From Ranitomeya imitator (lineage: Eukaryota): a stretch of 64,000 nucleotides of DNA. Location: contig NC_091285.1 in assembly GCF_032444005.1 (NCBI RefSeq), forward strand, positions 293,508,001-293,572,000, written 5' to 3'. Made by a program: the position numbers and the translations under genes. Below are positions 11,493 to 24,452 of this stretch, in pieces. The notes beneath the pieces were generated by a model, which worked only from the letters and a program-made list of their open reading frames with translations, was not told the origin of the DNA and made no database searches. Position 1 is the first letter of the stretch; each line of letters begins with the position of its first letter.

Positions 11493-13790
11493 ATGTTCCT
11501 CACCTGTCTGAGAAGATAATCCATATCTGTCCCTCAAAGAATTCCACTCTGCTACATCTGGGTGGTTTGTGCACTGGCATGATGCGAGCACTCAGAATTA
11601 TCCCACAATGCGAGTGGTGCCATAAGTGAGGTGACTGAGAGTTCATCAGCTTTGAACTCCGGTGCCCCTTCTCTCTTCAGCGCTACACACTGCAGGATGC
11701 CGAAGGTGTGCTCTGCTTGATGTGGAAAGTGATCACATCTCTGACTGCTGTCCAAATCATCCAGATCATCATGGGACAAATATGGATTATCTTCTCGTCA
11801 AACAGGTGAGGAATATGGCGTTTTATTATTTTTTGTCTTTTACAGGGGACACTGGGCATCGATCGGCAGAAAGGTGAGTGTAACTTTGCTTTTTTCTTTT
11901 TCTTTTGTGAAAAAATTTGTAAAAGAGCATTTGGAGTATTTATTTGAAACAAATAACTTTTTCCTTGCTATGTCTTTATTCCAATCCGACTATGGGGTTA
12001 GTAATAGGGGTGTCTTACAGAGGCCTCTTACTTACTAACCCCTGGTTTGATGTCAGAGACCATAAAACAGCTGAAATCAACCTCAAATCTATTACTCCAC
12101 TTCCCACCAGAGCAAGTGAGAAGAGCTGGCCAAAGTGCCAGAATTGACCATCTAAGTGCTGCGGGCTGCTATTTTTAGTATTTTTAGGTTTGGGAAGGCC
12201 AATATCCATGACCCTTTCCTAGTCTCAGAACACTAGTCCCTAACTGTCTACTTTAGCTTGGCTAGTTGCAAAAAATGGGGGGGACGCCACGCTATTTTTT
12301 TTAATTATTTATTTAAATAATAAAAAATATGGTGTGAGACCCCTCTAGATTTGATAACCAGCCAATACAAAGCTGATGGCTAGGGGGTTGCAGCTGCCGA
12401 TGTCAGCTTTACCTGCACTCGTTATCAAAAATAAAGAGGAACCCACTTCTTATTTTTAAATAAATTTATTTGTAGCACAGGCGCCAGCTGATGAATGCTC
12501 TTATCAGTGGGGCCTGTTCTCACTGCTATCAGTGAAAGCACGTGTAGGATGGTGAGAGTATTACCCTCATAAGCCGATGCCTGTGACCAGTATTAACCTT
12601 TTTGCCACCAGTCAGAGCTGCTGGTTCACATGTTGTCATCTGACAGAGTGGGAACCGCAGTGATCTAATCGACCGTAATGATGATACCGCCGATGAAAGC
12701 CAGTGTTTAGTGCACTGTCACTAATGGGTAACAATGAATGTTCGGGCCCCCATTCATCTGAATGGGGACCTGGTTCGTATTCGAGTTCAGGCACCATTCT
12801 GGTACCCAAGCCAAACTTTTTTAATATGTTCGGCCGAATCCGCTAGACCCAAATATGCACGGGTTTACCCATCTCTGGTGAAGACAGATCTTCCCATTAC
12901 AGGTAGGAGATGGCAATTGGTGCTCACAAGAATCTATGGAGGAAACAGGCCTGGATTTAGGGGAGCACGAGCCCTGGGCCACCTACCAAGTGGGGGCCTC
13001 CCACCAATATATGAATAAATATCTCAAAACATGTAAAATACGCGTCTCTTTGCTGTGAACCATTTCTAATGATAAGGATCATTTAACAAAAGAGGAACTA
13101 TTGAAAGTGTAGGGACCTGGCCTACATCTCAGTGGCTGGCGCAGAGCAGCAGAGTCCTGGCACCTGAACTGCATCAGCATCCACTGACCTGGCTAGCCTA
13201 GTCAGTTTTCCTTAGTGCCCTCCCTGTACCTAATGCTTAGCTTATGGCACGCGGCAGCCTTCTACCTATTCAGCTATATGATCGCTCCCTCGGATTAGAT
13301 CAGATGAGAGTTTGTTCAGCGACCTGCGAGGAAGGAGATGGAGCCACGATGTCGGCGCAAGAAAAGGATTCTCCACCGCGGAGCACGGCAGAACTAAAGA
13401 TCCAGAGGTGAAGTGGTTCAGTCTTCACACAGTGTTGCGGTGGGTGAGTATGATCTCTGTCTGTCACTGTGTGTGTGTCTGTCTGTTTATCTTTCTTGAA
13501 GCTCCTGTCCTACACAGTACCATACTGTATATACAGGTCCACACTATATCCTGCATTACAGTGTGTATGTGTATACTGTATGCATATATAGTGTACCTGT
13601 TTACATTATAGTGCTGTGTATACACTTTATACAGCCCATCAGCCTCTATTCTATATACAGCCAGCACAGCAACATCCTCTGATATATACAGGTAAACAGC
13701 CTCTGATATACTGTATACAGCCTCTGATGTATACAGCCCGGCAGCAGCCCCTCATATATATACAGCCCAGCAGCAGCTTCTAATATATGC

Positions 13791-14020
13791 NNNNNNNNNN
13801 NNNNNNNNNNNNNNNNNNNNNNNNNNNNNNNNNNNNNNNNNNNNNNNNNNNNNNNNNNNNNNNNNNNNNNNNNNNNNNNNNNNNNNNNNNNNNNNNNNNN
13901 NNNNNNNNNNNNNNNNNNNNNNNNNNNNNNNNNNNNNNNNNNNNNNNNNNNNNNNNNNNNNNNNNNNNNNNNNNNNNNNNNNNNNNNNNNNNNNNNNNNN
14001 NNNNNNNNNNNNNNNNNNNN
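13791..14020. other. Assembly gap (230 N)
   Basis: Run of N. Confidence 1.
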
Positions 14021-14125
14021 TCTATATATATAATTGTCTAAGGGTTTTTCCGTCTGTCTGTCTGTCTGTCTGTCCTGGAAATCCCCCCGTCTTTGACATG
14101 CATATTCTAGAATACTATATATATA

Positions 14126-14748
14126 CTAGATTGTGGCCCGATTCTAACGCATCGGGTATTCTAGAATATGCATGTCCCCGTAGTATATGGACAATGATGA
14201 TTCCAGAATTCGCGGCACACTGTGCCCGTTGCTGATTGGTCGAGGCAACCTTTATGACATCATCGTCGCCATGGCAACCATTATGACATCTACGTCGATA
14301 CTGTGCCCGTCGTTGAATCAGAAACGTGAGATGTCTACGTCCTTTATGACATCATCGTCGCTGTGCCCGTTGCTGATTGGTCGAGGCCGCCAGGCCCGAT
14401 TCTAACGCATCGGGTATTCTAGAATATGCATATCCCCGTAGTATATGGACAATGATGATTCCAGAATTTGCGGCAGACTGTGCCCGTCGCTGATTGGTCG
14501 AGGCAACCTTTATGACATCATCGTCGCCATGGCAACTATTATGACATCATCGTCGCTGTGCCCGTTGCTGATTGGTCGAGGCCTGGCGGCCTCGACCAAT
14601 CAGAGACGCGGGATTTCTACGTCGATGCTGTGCCGGTCTCTGATTGGTCGAGGCCTGGCGGCCTCGACCAATCAGAGAGCCGGGATTTCCAGGACAGACA
14701 GACAGACAGACAGACGGAAAAACCCTTAGACAATTATATATATATAGA
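14126..14748 (-). mobile_element. Non-autonomous Helitron-like element with an internal 258-bp tandem repeat
   Basis: Minus strand begins A|TCTATATA and ends CCCGAT..ATCGGG hairpin plus CCACAAT-CTAG|T; repeat copies start near 14140 and 14398. Confidence 0.6.
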
Positions 14749-14759
14749 TATACAGCCCA

Positions 14760-15610
14760 GCAGTGTGAAGCAGAAGGACTGTTAAGACAAATGAATCAGC
14801 TTGAAATTGTTATTAACACCACCTTGTGGAGTGACATCCTGCAAAGAACAGATGCTGCTAGTAAAAATCTACAACACGCAAAACTCGATCTAAACACTGC
14901 TGTGACGTCACTGACGAGCTTAAAAAACTATGTCGCATCAAAGCATGACTCCTTCAAAATTTATGAGAACAAGGCTAAGAGCTGTCAGGTTCATCTGAGT
15001 ATGTTCAGACGATAACTCGACACAGGCGTCGAAACGTGTCTCAATCCATTGGATTATGGTCATACAGAAGAAGTACAACTCAGCCCTTCTGAAAAATACA
15101 GAACAGAAGAAACAGAATTTCTTGGCTATCATTCATTTATTGCTTCTCTTGACCAACGTCTTCAAGCATATAAAGATATATCAAGCAAATTAAGCTTTTT
15201 TAGCCATCTGAAAGAACTGTCTTCAGGCGGGCTTAAGGCCACAGCAGAGCAACTCGTCAGGTCTTATTCAAATGACTTGGACATTACGTTTATCGATGAA
15301 CTGTGTCAGTTTGTAACATTTGCCAATTTATTCACAGACGAGGAGCCAAAAGATATCAGCATTGAACTTTTCATGTACAAGCTTATCATTGAAAAGGGTG
15401 CGCAGGACACTTTCCCAAATATTGAGATAGCTCTAAGGATGTATCTAATTTTGATGGTAACAAACTGCAGTGGTGAACGTTCCTTCTCAAAACTCAAGTT
15501 AGTTGAAAACCGATTAAAGACATCCATGAAGCAGGAACGACTTGTAAATTTGGCTATCATGAGCATCAAATTGGATTTTAGTGACATCATTAGTGATTTT
15601 GCAGCACAAG
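14760..15610 (+). pseudogene. hAT transposase C-terminal fragment (ZMYM1-like type) with hATC dimerisation domain
   Basis: FPNIEIALRMYLILMVTNCSGERSFSKLKLVENRLKTSMKQERL; frameshifted relative to the upstream block; possible element end CAGGCCTGGATTT at 12946. Confidence 0.85.
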
Positions 15611-16642
15611 ATGGATTTCTTCATCCCAGATATCATTTTAATCAGTATAGTATCAGCAATATGACAATTTCTGTAGTTTACTTAGCAAAATCCTGCTGAC
15701 ATGTTCACTTTGATTTCACACCTTTTGCAGTCTAACAATGAATTTGCAATAAGTTTTCACATAAATGTAGAATTTACAGCAACTTTGCAAATGATTTAAT
15801 ATTTCACAAATGAGTCATTAAGAATGACTGCACATCCAGGACTGATTTGCTATAAAGCTGGGATTTTAATACATTGATAATTAGAATTTTTAACTTTTTT
15901 ATCTGTAATAAATCATTAATTCTAAGATACTGTACATGATTATGAAAAAGCTATGACGACCATGTTATTTATACCACATTTATCAGAATGGCACATTTGG
16001 CATAATAAAATTGACTCAAATAGTGAGGCATGTTATGTACAATTCTGATCTGTTTCACATACACAAAATCATGTAATAGTTGGAGCACATGTCATGTTAG
16101 CTTTATTACAATTTTTTTAACAAATCTCCCAACAAATTTCATATATGATGTTTTTCTTTTCAACTGCTTGTGATATTGCATTGCTTGAAAGCTATTTTTA
16201 ATATTCATTTTTTAATTGAGTTTTTGTGCATTAATATTTTCTTTAGGCAATTTTCCATCCACACTTTATAATTGAGCAACCAATCATTTTATTCTGCATA
16301 CAGTATGGCAGTGTAATGTAACTGTATTTTCACTACATAAATTGTGGATGATAGAGATTAGCTTGTGTCACATTTGTCTCATATTCTATACCAATGAAAT
16401 ACCATATTTCAAAGCTGATGAAGACTTTGGTTGTTGAGTTTCTTCATGTGATCAAATTTTTCTTGCAATTCCATTTTAGCAGAGAATGTACCATATATGT
16501 CATGAATTATTTAGTTTGGAACAGATATTGAAAAAAAGTCATTCTTATTAAGGATGATGAAATTAGACGGTGGTTTATTCAACGCGTTTCAAGGTCAGTG
16601 CGACTCCTTCTTCAAGAATTCCACATACAACATGATGATGAG

Positions 16643-19600
16643 TGCTTTGAGTGCCACCCTGCTGTGAATATGGTTCTTCTTCCAAAACTGTCCTTTGGCT
16701 GGACAGTTGTTTGCTTGGCCACTGTTAGTACAGGAACCCACCCTCCAACCATGTATAGACAACTAGCCTGAAAATGATGTAAATGGTCCCTGTTCCTTCT
16801 CCTCTTCTTCCTGTGCCACCACCTCATCCTTCGTTGCCTGAAGCTTTTTTCAAGCAGGCATAGAAGTGGTATAGCAATGCTCATAATGATGTAATCACAG
16901 CTGGCCATGTTGGTGAAGTACCCTAAGCAGTGCAACATGGCACACATCTTGCATGGAGGCCCACTCGGTAGAAGTCATGTTATGCCACAGAGTGACTCAC
17001 TCATGCGTGCTGACGCTGAAACTCCACTATTGCCTGCTGCAGCTAACATGGTCTCTACAGCATATGCAAGGTAGAGTTCCACCTTGTGGGAATGTCACAT
17101 ATGAGGTGGTGAGTTGGAAGGCAGAAGTGATGTTGCAGTGCCGACAGGCTAACAGCATCAAGATGGGAATGCCGAAAGCGCATACAGGCGGCCTACATTT
17201 TCAGCAGCAGATCTGACAAATTGGGGTAAATTGTAAGGAAGCTCTGCACCAACAAATTCAACATATGCGCCAGGCAAGTGATGTGTGCCAAACTGGCTAG
17301 GCCAAGGGCTGTTATGAGATTTGACCTATTATCGCACAAAACCAGGCTGGGCTTGAGGTTCAGTGGCACCAACCACTTTGTTGTTTGATCCCCAAAAACA
17401 GCTACTGCGCAAAGTGGGATTTTTCCCCCACACAGATGAGTTTCAGAATAGACTGCTGTCGTTTCCCCTGGATGTTCTTAAGTGGGTGGTTCAGGTGTTT
17501 TGCTGATCAGATGAGAAGGAAGTCGAGGAATCGGCGTAGAAGGAGGAGGCAACATGGACAAATAAACGTCAAGCAATGCTTAGTGGTGGTAAGATATGCA
17601 GGGGACAGTTAGAGAGATGTAATGTCCCTGGCTATGCTTACTGGTCCACATATTGGTGGTTATGTGGACCTTGCCACTGATGGAGTAGCGCAGTGCATAT
17701 CTTATTTTGTCCACAACATGTATGAGCAAGGCAGGGATGGCCTGCCTGGAAAAGTAGTGGCGGCTGGGAATCGTGTACTGTGGGAAAGTTACTGGCATCA
17801 GTTTTATAATACTGTCCATTTCCACTAGCCATAATGGCAGAATTTCAAAGGCAGGAATTTTGAAATACTGTCGTTCAGGACCATGGCGCATGGATGGGTA
17901 GGGGGGTACTTTCTCTTTCTCTCTAGTGTTTGGGGGATGGACACCTGAATGCTTCCATGGGATGGGATGGAGATGCTCGGTGACACTGCTGGTGATGGTG
18001 TTCTCACATCTTCTCGTTACAGTGAGCCAGGTGGCCCTGTTGATTGGGAGCAGGAGGAAGAGGACGATAATGCAGCAGAAGAGGAGTCTCAGATCTTTCC
18101 TGTTTTTTTCAGGTGTGTGCTCCACTACAGCTCTTATTGTAAATTTAGATGCCTTGTCATGCATGTGGTGCTCAGATTCAGAATATTTATGCCTTGCTTC
18201 AGGCTCTGATGGCGCAGCGTGGAAGCCACCCGTCTCTAGTCGTCAGAACATTGCCTGAAAAAATGCCAGGCCAGGGAGCTCCTTTGAGCTGGCTTTCGTT
18301 TGCTTAGTTCCTTGGCACGGTGGGCAGTAGCAGTCGATGTACTGGCTGCTGTGCTTTTACTCCCTACTCCCTCTTTTGCTGTGCATCTGGGACAGCGTGG
18401 CCACTTCCCATTCTTCTAAACTGCGCACATCACACTGATGGCCTTCACTCCATGTGAGGTCTTGGAGGTGGTATATGCTTCAATATTTGTCTGAGACCTC
18501 CCACCAGACTAAGGCTTATGTTAATTAGTACTGGATCCTACATGCCCTTAAAACTCATCGGATTAGAGCCCGGGAGATGCATGTTTTAAAAATATTAGGT
18601 TTAGATTCCCATTAAAAAAGGTATACATTGTCATGGCTGTTTGGATCTCATGAATTGGCCAAATTGTGCACTAATTATCTTAATTTTCTAAGTACATTTA
18701 ATATAGCAATAAGACAGTCTAAACTTCATATTTTCAATGCTTACATAGATCTTAGAACTCATCGAGCGCTGCGATATTGTGTAATTTGTATACTAGGCAT
18801 TCAAAGCAGCATGCACCTGTTCATACTTGCTTTGTTTTGTTCAGTGGTGCCCGTCAGTGGTGTAAGTCTATCTCTTATATATCTGTTACATGTATGTCTG
18901 AACCCTCTGCCACAAGTTTTATTTATGTTGCAAGGTGTCACCATACTTGCACTGCAGACTGAGATTGGGACATGTGTCCTGTTCAACATTAGTGAATCTG
19001 TGACTTGTGGTTCTGCCCAGCCAAAGAAACGTTTCTTACTGCAGAGGATTGGTTATTACTTGTATTATTACTTGCATTGAGTTATCTGCTATGAGCTTTG
19101 GATAGAGCCACACCATATTAAACCCCCCTGCTAGTTATAGGTTGTTACTAACTCTGGTGTCCTGAATTGTGTACCCTGTATCTTGAATTACTTCCTTACC
19201 TTGGTTTGTGTTTCTGACTACCATAACTGCCTTACTCTTCTGCCCCTAACATTGACCTCCAGGTTTTCACCTACTTGCATCTTAACTATTCTTCACAAGA
19301 ATGCTCCACCATATAGTAGCCACACTGTGTACTATATATTTTTAAATTTGGGAATGCCACAAAACATTGGGAAAGGCAAATAGAATGAACAAACTGCGTT
19401 GGAGTATAACAATGACTGGGTGCGGCTGGTCTACTTTTATAGTCGGCCAAAGGTACAGACAAATCCTGTGAGATCCATGCCTGCATAATTTTAATGAATG
19501 TGAACTTGCCCAAGTTTGACTGTGGACAGGTGGATGCTTCTGTCTGTGATCACACCACCTGAGATGCTAAACACATGTTTCGACAGCACATTTGCCACAG

Positions 19601-22600
19601 GGCAGGCCAGCACCTACAAAATGTAAAGGACAAGCTCAGGCCATATGTCAACTTTGGAGACCAATCACGTGGAGACACCTACTCTTCCATCATGTTGTTG
19701 AAACGCTGGTGTCGGATGTTATAGTGTGCTGAGGAAGGTTTTCCACATTTCCGCCATGCTAACTCTCCTTTTCGTGATGGTAGCAGTGCTCCAGCTGTGT
19801 TGCTGAATTCCTCCTCCTCTGCCTTGTTCTTCCACTAATCACCCTTTGTCAGGAAGGAATGCTGTCAGCAGTGCATCTACCAGTGTGCACTTGTATTCCC
19901 ACATTTTCCAATCCTGCTCCAATGACAGAAGTTAGAATGGCACATTGTCCTTGAAGTGGGGATCTAGCAAGGAATCCACTCAGTAATCAGTCTTGGTAAC
20001 AATCCGGGTAACTCGGCGGTCATTGCACAGGCACAGAAACATGTACTGGCTTGTGTGCCAAACTGCTCAGAGGCAACAACAAGCTCTTCTCGGTGAGAGG
20101 TGTATTGTCTGGATTCACTGTATCCTCCACAGTGACTCTCCAATGATGCCTGTGAGCTGCTTTGAGTGCCACCCTGCTGTGAACATGGTTCTTCTTCCAA
20201 AACTGTCCTTTGGCTGGACAGTTGTTTGCTTGGCCACTGTTAGTACAGGAACCCACCCTCCAACCATGTATGGACAACTAGCCTGAAAATGATGTAAATG
20301 GTCCATGTTCCTTCTCCTCTTCTTCCTGTGCCACCACCTCATCCTTCGTCGCCTGAAGCTTTTTTCAAGCAGGCATAGAAGTGGTATAGCAATGCTCATA
20401 ATGATGTAATCACAGCTGGCCATGTTGGTGAAGTACCCTAAGCAGTGCAACATGGCACACATCTTGCATGGAGGCCCACTCGGTAGAAGTCATGTTATGC
20501 CACAGAGTGACTCACTCATGCGTGCTGACACTGAAACTCCACTATTGCCTGCTGCAGCTAACATGGTCTCTACAGCATATGCAAGGTAGAGTTCCACCTT
20601 GTGGGAATGTCACAAATGAGGTGGTGAGTTGGAAGGCAGAAGTGATGTTGCAGTGCTGACAGGCTAACAACATCAAGATGGGAATGCCGAAAGCGCATAC
20701 AGGCGGCCTACATTTTCAGCAGCAGCTCTGACAAATTGGGGTAAATTGTAAGGAAGCTCTGCACCAACAAATTCAACATATGCGCCAGGCAAGTGATGTG
20801 TGCCAAACTGGCTAGGCCAAGGGCTGTTATGAGATTTGACCTATTATTGCACAAAACCAGGCTGGGCTTGAGGTTCAGTGGCACCAACCACTTTGTTGTT
20901 TGATCCCCAAAAACAGCTACTGCGCAAAGTGGGATTTTTCCCCCACACAGATGAGTTTCAGAATAGACTGCTGTCGTTTCCCCTGGATGTTCTTAAGTGG
21001 GTGGTTCAGGTGTTTTGCTGATCAGATGAGAAGGAAGTCGAGGAATCGGCGTAGAAGGAGGAGGCAACATGGACAAATAAACGTCAAGCAATGCTTAGTG
21101 GTGGTAAGATATGCAGGGGACAGTTAGAGAGATGTAATGTCCCTGGCTATGCTTACTGGTCCACATATTGGTGGTTATGTGGACCTTGCCACTGATGGAG
21201 TAGCGCAGTGCATATCTTATTTTGTCCACAACATGTATGAGCAAGACAGGGATGGCCTGCCTGGAAAAGTAGTGGCGGCTGGGAATCATGTACTGTGGGA
21301 AACCTACTGGCATCAGTTTTATAATACTGTCCATTTCCACTAGCCATAATGGCAGAATTTCAAAGGCAGGAATTTTGAAATACTGTCGTTCAGGACCATG
21401 GCGCATGGATGGGTAGGGGGTACTTTCTCTTTCTCTCTAGTGTTTGGGGGATGGACACCTGAATGCTTCCATGGGATGGTATGGAGATGCTCGGTGACAC
21501 TGCTGGTGATGGTGTTCTCACATCTTCTCTTTACAGTGAGCCAGGTGGCCCTGTTGATTGGGAGCAGGAGGAAGAGGACAATAATGCAGCAGAAGAGGAG
21601 TCTCAGATCTTTCCTGTTTTTTTCAGGTGTGTGCTCCATTACAGCTCTTATTGTAAATTCAGATGCCTTGTCATGCATGTGGTGCTCAGATTCAGAATAT
21701 TTATGCCTTGCTTCAGGCTCTGATGGCGCAGCGTGGAAGCCACCCTTCTCTAGTCGTCAGAACATTGCCTGAAAAAATGCCAGGCCAGGGAGCTCCTTTG
21801 AGCTGGCTTTCGTTTGCTTAGTTCCTTGGCACGGTGGGCAGTAGCAGTCGATGTACTGGCTGCTGTGCTTTTACTCCCTACTCCCTCTTTTGCTGTGCAT
21901 CTGGGGCAGCGTGGCCACTTCCCATTCTTCTAAACTGCGCACATCACACTGATGGCCTTCACTCCATGTGAGGTCTCGGAGGGGGTATATGCTTCCATAT
22001 TTGTCTGAGACCTCCCATCAGACTAAGGCTTATGTTAATTAGTACTGGATCCTACATGCCCTTAAAACTCATCGGATTAGAGCCCGGGAGATGCATGTTT
22101 TAAAAATATTAGGTTTAGATTCCCATGAAAAAAGGTATACCTTGTCATGGCTGTTTGGCTCTCATGAATTGGCCAAATTGTGCACTAATTATCTTAATTT
22201 TCTAAGTACATTTAATATAGCAATAAGACAGTCTAAACTGCATATTTTCAATGCTTACATAGATCTTAGAACTCATCGAGCGCTGCGATATTGTGTAATT
22301 TGTATACTAGGCATTCAAAGCAGCTTGCACCTGTTCATACTTGCTTTGTTTTGTTCAGTGGTGCCCGTCAGTGGTGTAAGTCTATCTCTTATATATCTGT
22401 TACATGTATGTCTGAACCCTCTGCCACAAGTTTTATTTATGTTGCAAGGTGTCACCATACTTGCACTGCAGACTGAGATTGGGACATGTGTCCTGTTCAA
22501 CATTAGTGAATCTGCGACTTGTGGTTCTGCCCAGCCAAAGAAACGTTTCTTACTGCAGAGGATTGGTTATTACTTGTATTATTACTTGCATTGAGTTATC

Positions 22601-22853
22601 TGCTATGAGCTTTGGATAGAGCCACACCATATTAAACCCCCCTGCTAGTTATAGGTTGTTACTAACTCTGGTGTCCTGAATTGTGTACCCTGTATCTTGA
22701 ATTACTTCCTTACCTTGGTTTGTATTTCTGACTACCATAACTGCCTTACTATTCTGCCCCTAACATTGACCTCCAGGTTTTCACCTACTTGCATCTTAAC
22801 TATTCTTCACAAGAATGCTCCACCATATAATAGCCACACTGTGTACTATATAT
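16643..22853. repeat. Tandem segmental duplication with period 3514-3515 bp (16643-19339 vs 20158-22853)
   Basis: Near-identical blocks and paired ORF calls offset by 3515 (17385/20900; 16947/20462); about 98-99% identical in the part compared by eye. Confidence 0.95.
19340..21800 (-). pseudogene. Degenerate ZBED-type hAT transposase (partial second copy at 16643-18290)
   Basis: Translated motifs IPSRHYFSRQAIP, TTNMWTSKHSQGHYISLT, CNVPTRWNSTLHML and LLDPHFK; many stops and frameshifts. Confidence 0.8.
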
Positions 22854-23029
22854 AACCCAAGGTGTCCAGTGTAAGTCCAGATCTCTGTATAGAGATTAAA
22901 GAGTATTGTCAGGGTTCACCTTGGGCCAGTAAAGTGGAGGCTTGATCCAAGTCTTTCCATAGAAGTCCAGTTAAGAGCTGCTATTCTTAAAGATGCAGTG
23001 AGTCATTATACTGTCTATCTAACAGAATC

Positions 23030-24452
23030 TTTAAAAAAAATCAGAAAATCATATTGCATGATTTTTACATACTGTAAGTAATTTAAATTTTATTATTATT
23101 TATCAAATAAGTATTTGATACAATAGAAAGCAAAAGTTAATATTTGGTACTGAAACCTACTGTATGTTTGAAATTACAGAGGTCAGACATTTCTGTAGTT
23201 CTTGACCAAGGTTGCACACACTGCAGCAGGTATTTTGGCCCACTCCTCCATACAGATCTTCTCCAGATCTTTCTGGTTTTGGGGATGTTGCTTGGCAACA
23301 TTGAGTTTCAACTCTCTCAAAAGATTTTCTATTGGGTTCAAATATGAAGACTAACTACACCACTCCAGGATCCTGAAATGCTTATGGAGCCACTCCTTAG
23401 TTGCCTTGGCTGTGTGTTTCTGGTCATTGTCATGCTGGAAGACCCATCTTCAATGCTCTTACTGAGGGAAGGAGGTTGTTGGCCAATATTATGCTATACA
23501 TGACCATCTTCCCTTCAACATGGTGCAGACATTCTATACCCTTTGCAGAAAAGCAACCCCAAAGTATTATGTTTCCCCCACCATGCTGCTCGGTTGGGAC
23601 GGTGTTCTTGGGGTTGTACTAATCCTTCTTCTTCATCCAAACACGACAAGTGGAGTTGATACCAAAAAGTTTTATTTTGATCTTATCTGACCACATGACC
23701 TTCTGCTATGCCACTTTTGAATCATCCCAATGGTCATTGGTGAGCTCCACAGGGGCTGGACATGAGCTGGCGTGAGTAGGGGGACCCTGCAAGATTTTAA
23801 CTCATAACGGTGTAGTGTGTTAGAAACGGTAATATTTGAGACTGTGGTCCCAGGTCTTTTCAGGTCATTTACCAGGTCCTCCTATGTAGTTCTGGGCTGA
23901 TTTCTTACCTTTCTCAGAATCATCCATACCCCACCAGGCAAGATCTTGCATGGAGCCCCAGACCGAGGAAGATTGACAGTCATCTTGTGTTTCATTGATT
24001 TTCTTATAATTGTGTCAACTGTTGTTGCCTTCTCACCAAGCTGCTTGGTTATTGTGCTGTAGCTTATTCCAGCCTTGATCAGGTCCGCAATTTTGTCCCT
24101 GGTGTCCTTAGCTCTTTGGTCTTTGCCATGGTGGAGAGTCTGAAGTGTGATTTGAGTGTGTGAACAGGTGTCTTTTATACAGGTAATGAGTGCAGAGTAG
24201 GAGGGCTCCTTAAAGAGAAACCAACAGGTCTGTTAGACCCAGAATTATTGCTGGTTGGTAGGTGATCAAATACTTATTTCATGCAATTAAAATGCAATTT
24301 AATTGATTAAAAATCATACAATGTGATTTTCTGTTTTTATTTTTAGATGCTGTTTCTGTTAGTTGAATTGCACCTTCGATAAAAATTACAGACCTCCCCA
24401 TTCTTTGTAGATGGGTAAAATTGCAAAATCGGCAGTGTATCAAGCATTTATT
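23030..24452 (-). mobile_element. Degenerate Tc1-like transposon remnant
   Basis: AAATAAGTATTTGA / TCAAATACTTATTT repeat motifs and decayed transposase on the minus strand; boundaries approximate. Confidence 0.7.

Noticed and set aside
13787-14041. ORFs spanning N runs (also 48044-48364)
   Set aside because: Artefacts of assembly gaps.
14021-14748. Single TIR DNA transposon
   Set aside because: An internal Helitron-type 3' end and A|TC 5' ends explain the symmetry as two inverted copies.
18628-22594. 150-aa and 167-aa ORFs repeated in the duplication
   Set aside because: No recognisable motif, composition typical of AT-rich non-coding DNA, and repeated only because of the duplication.
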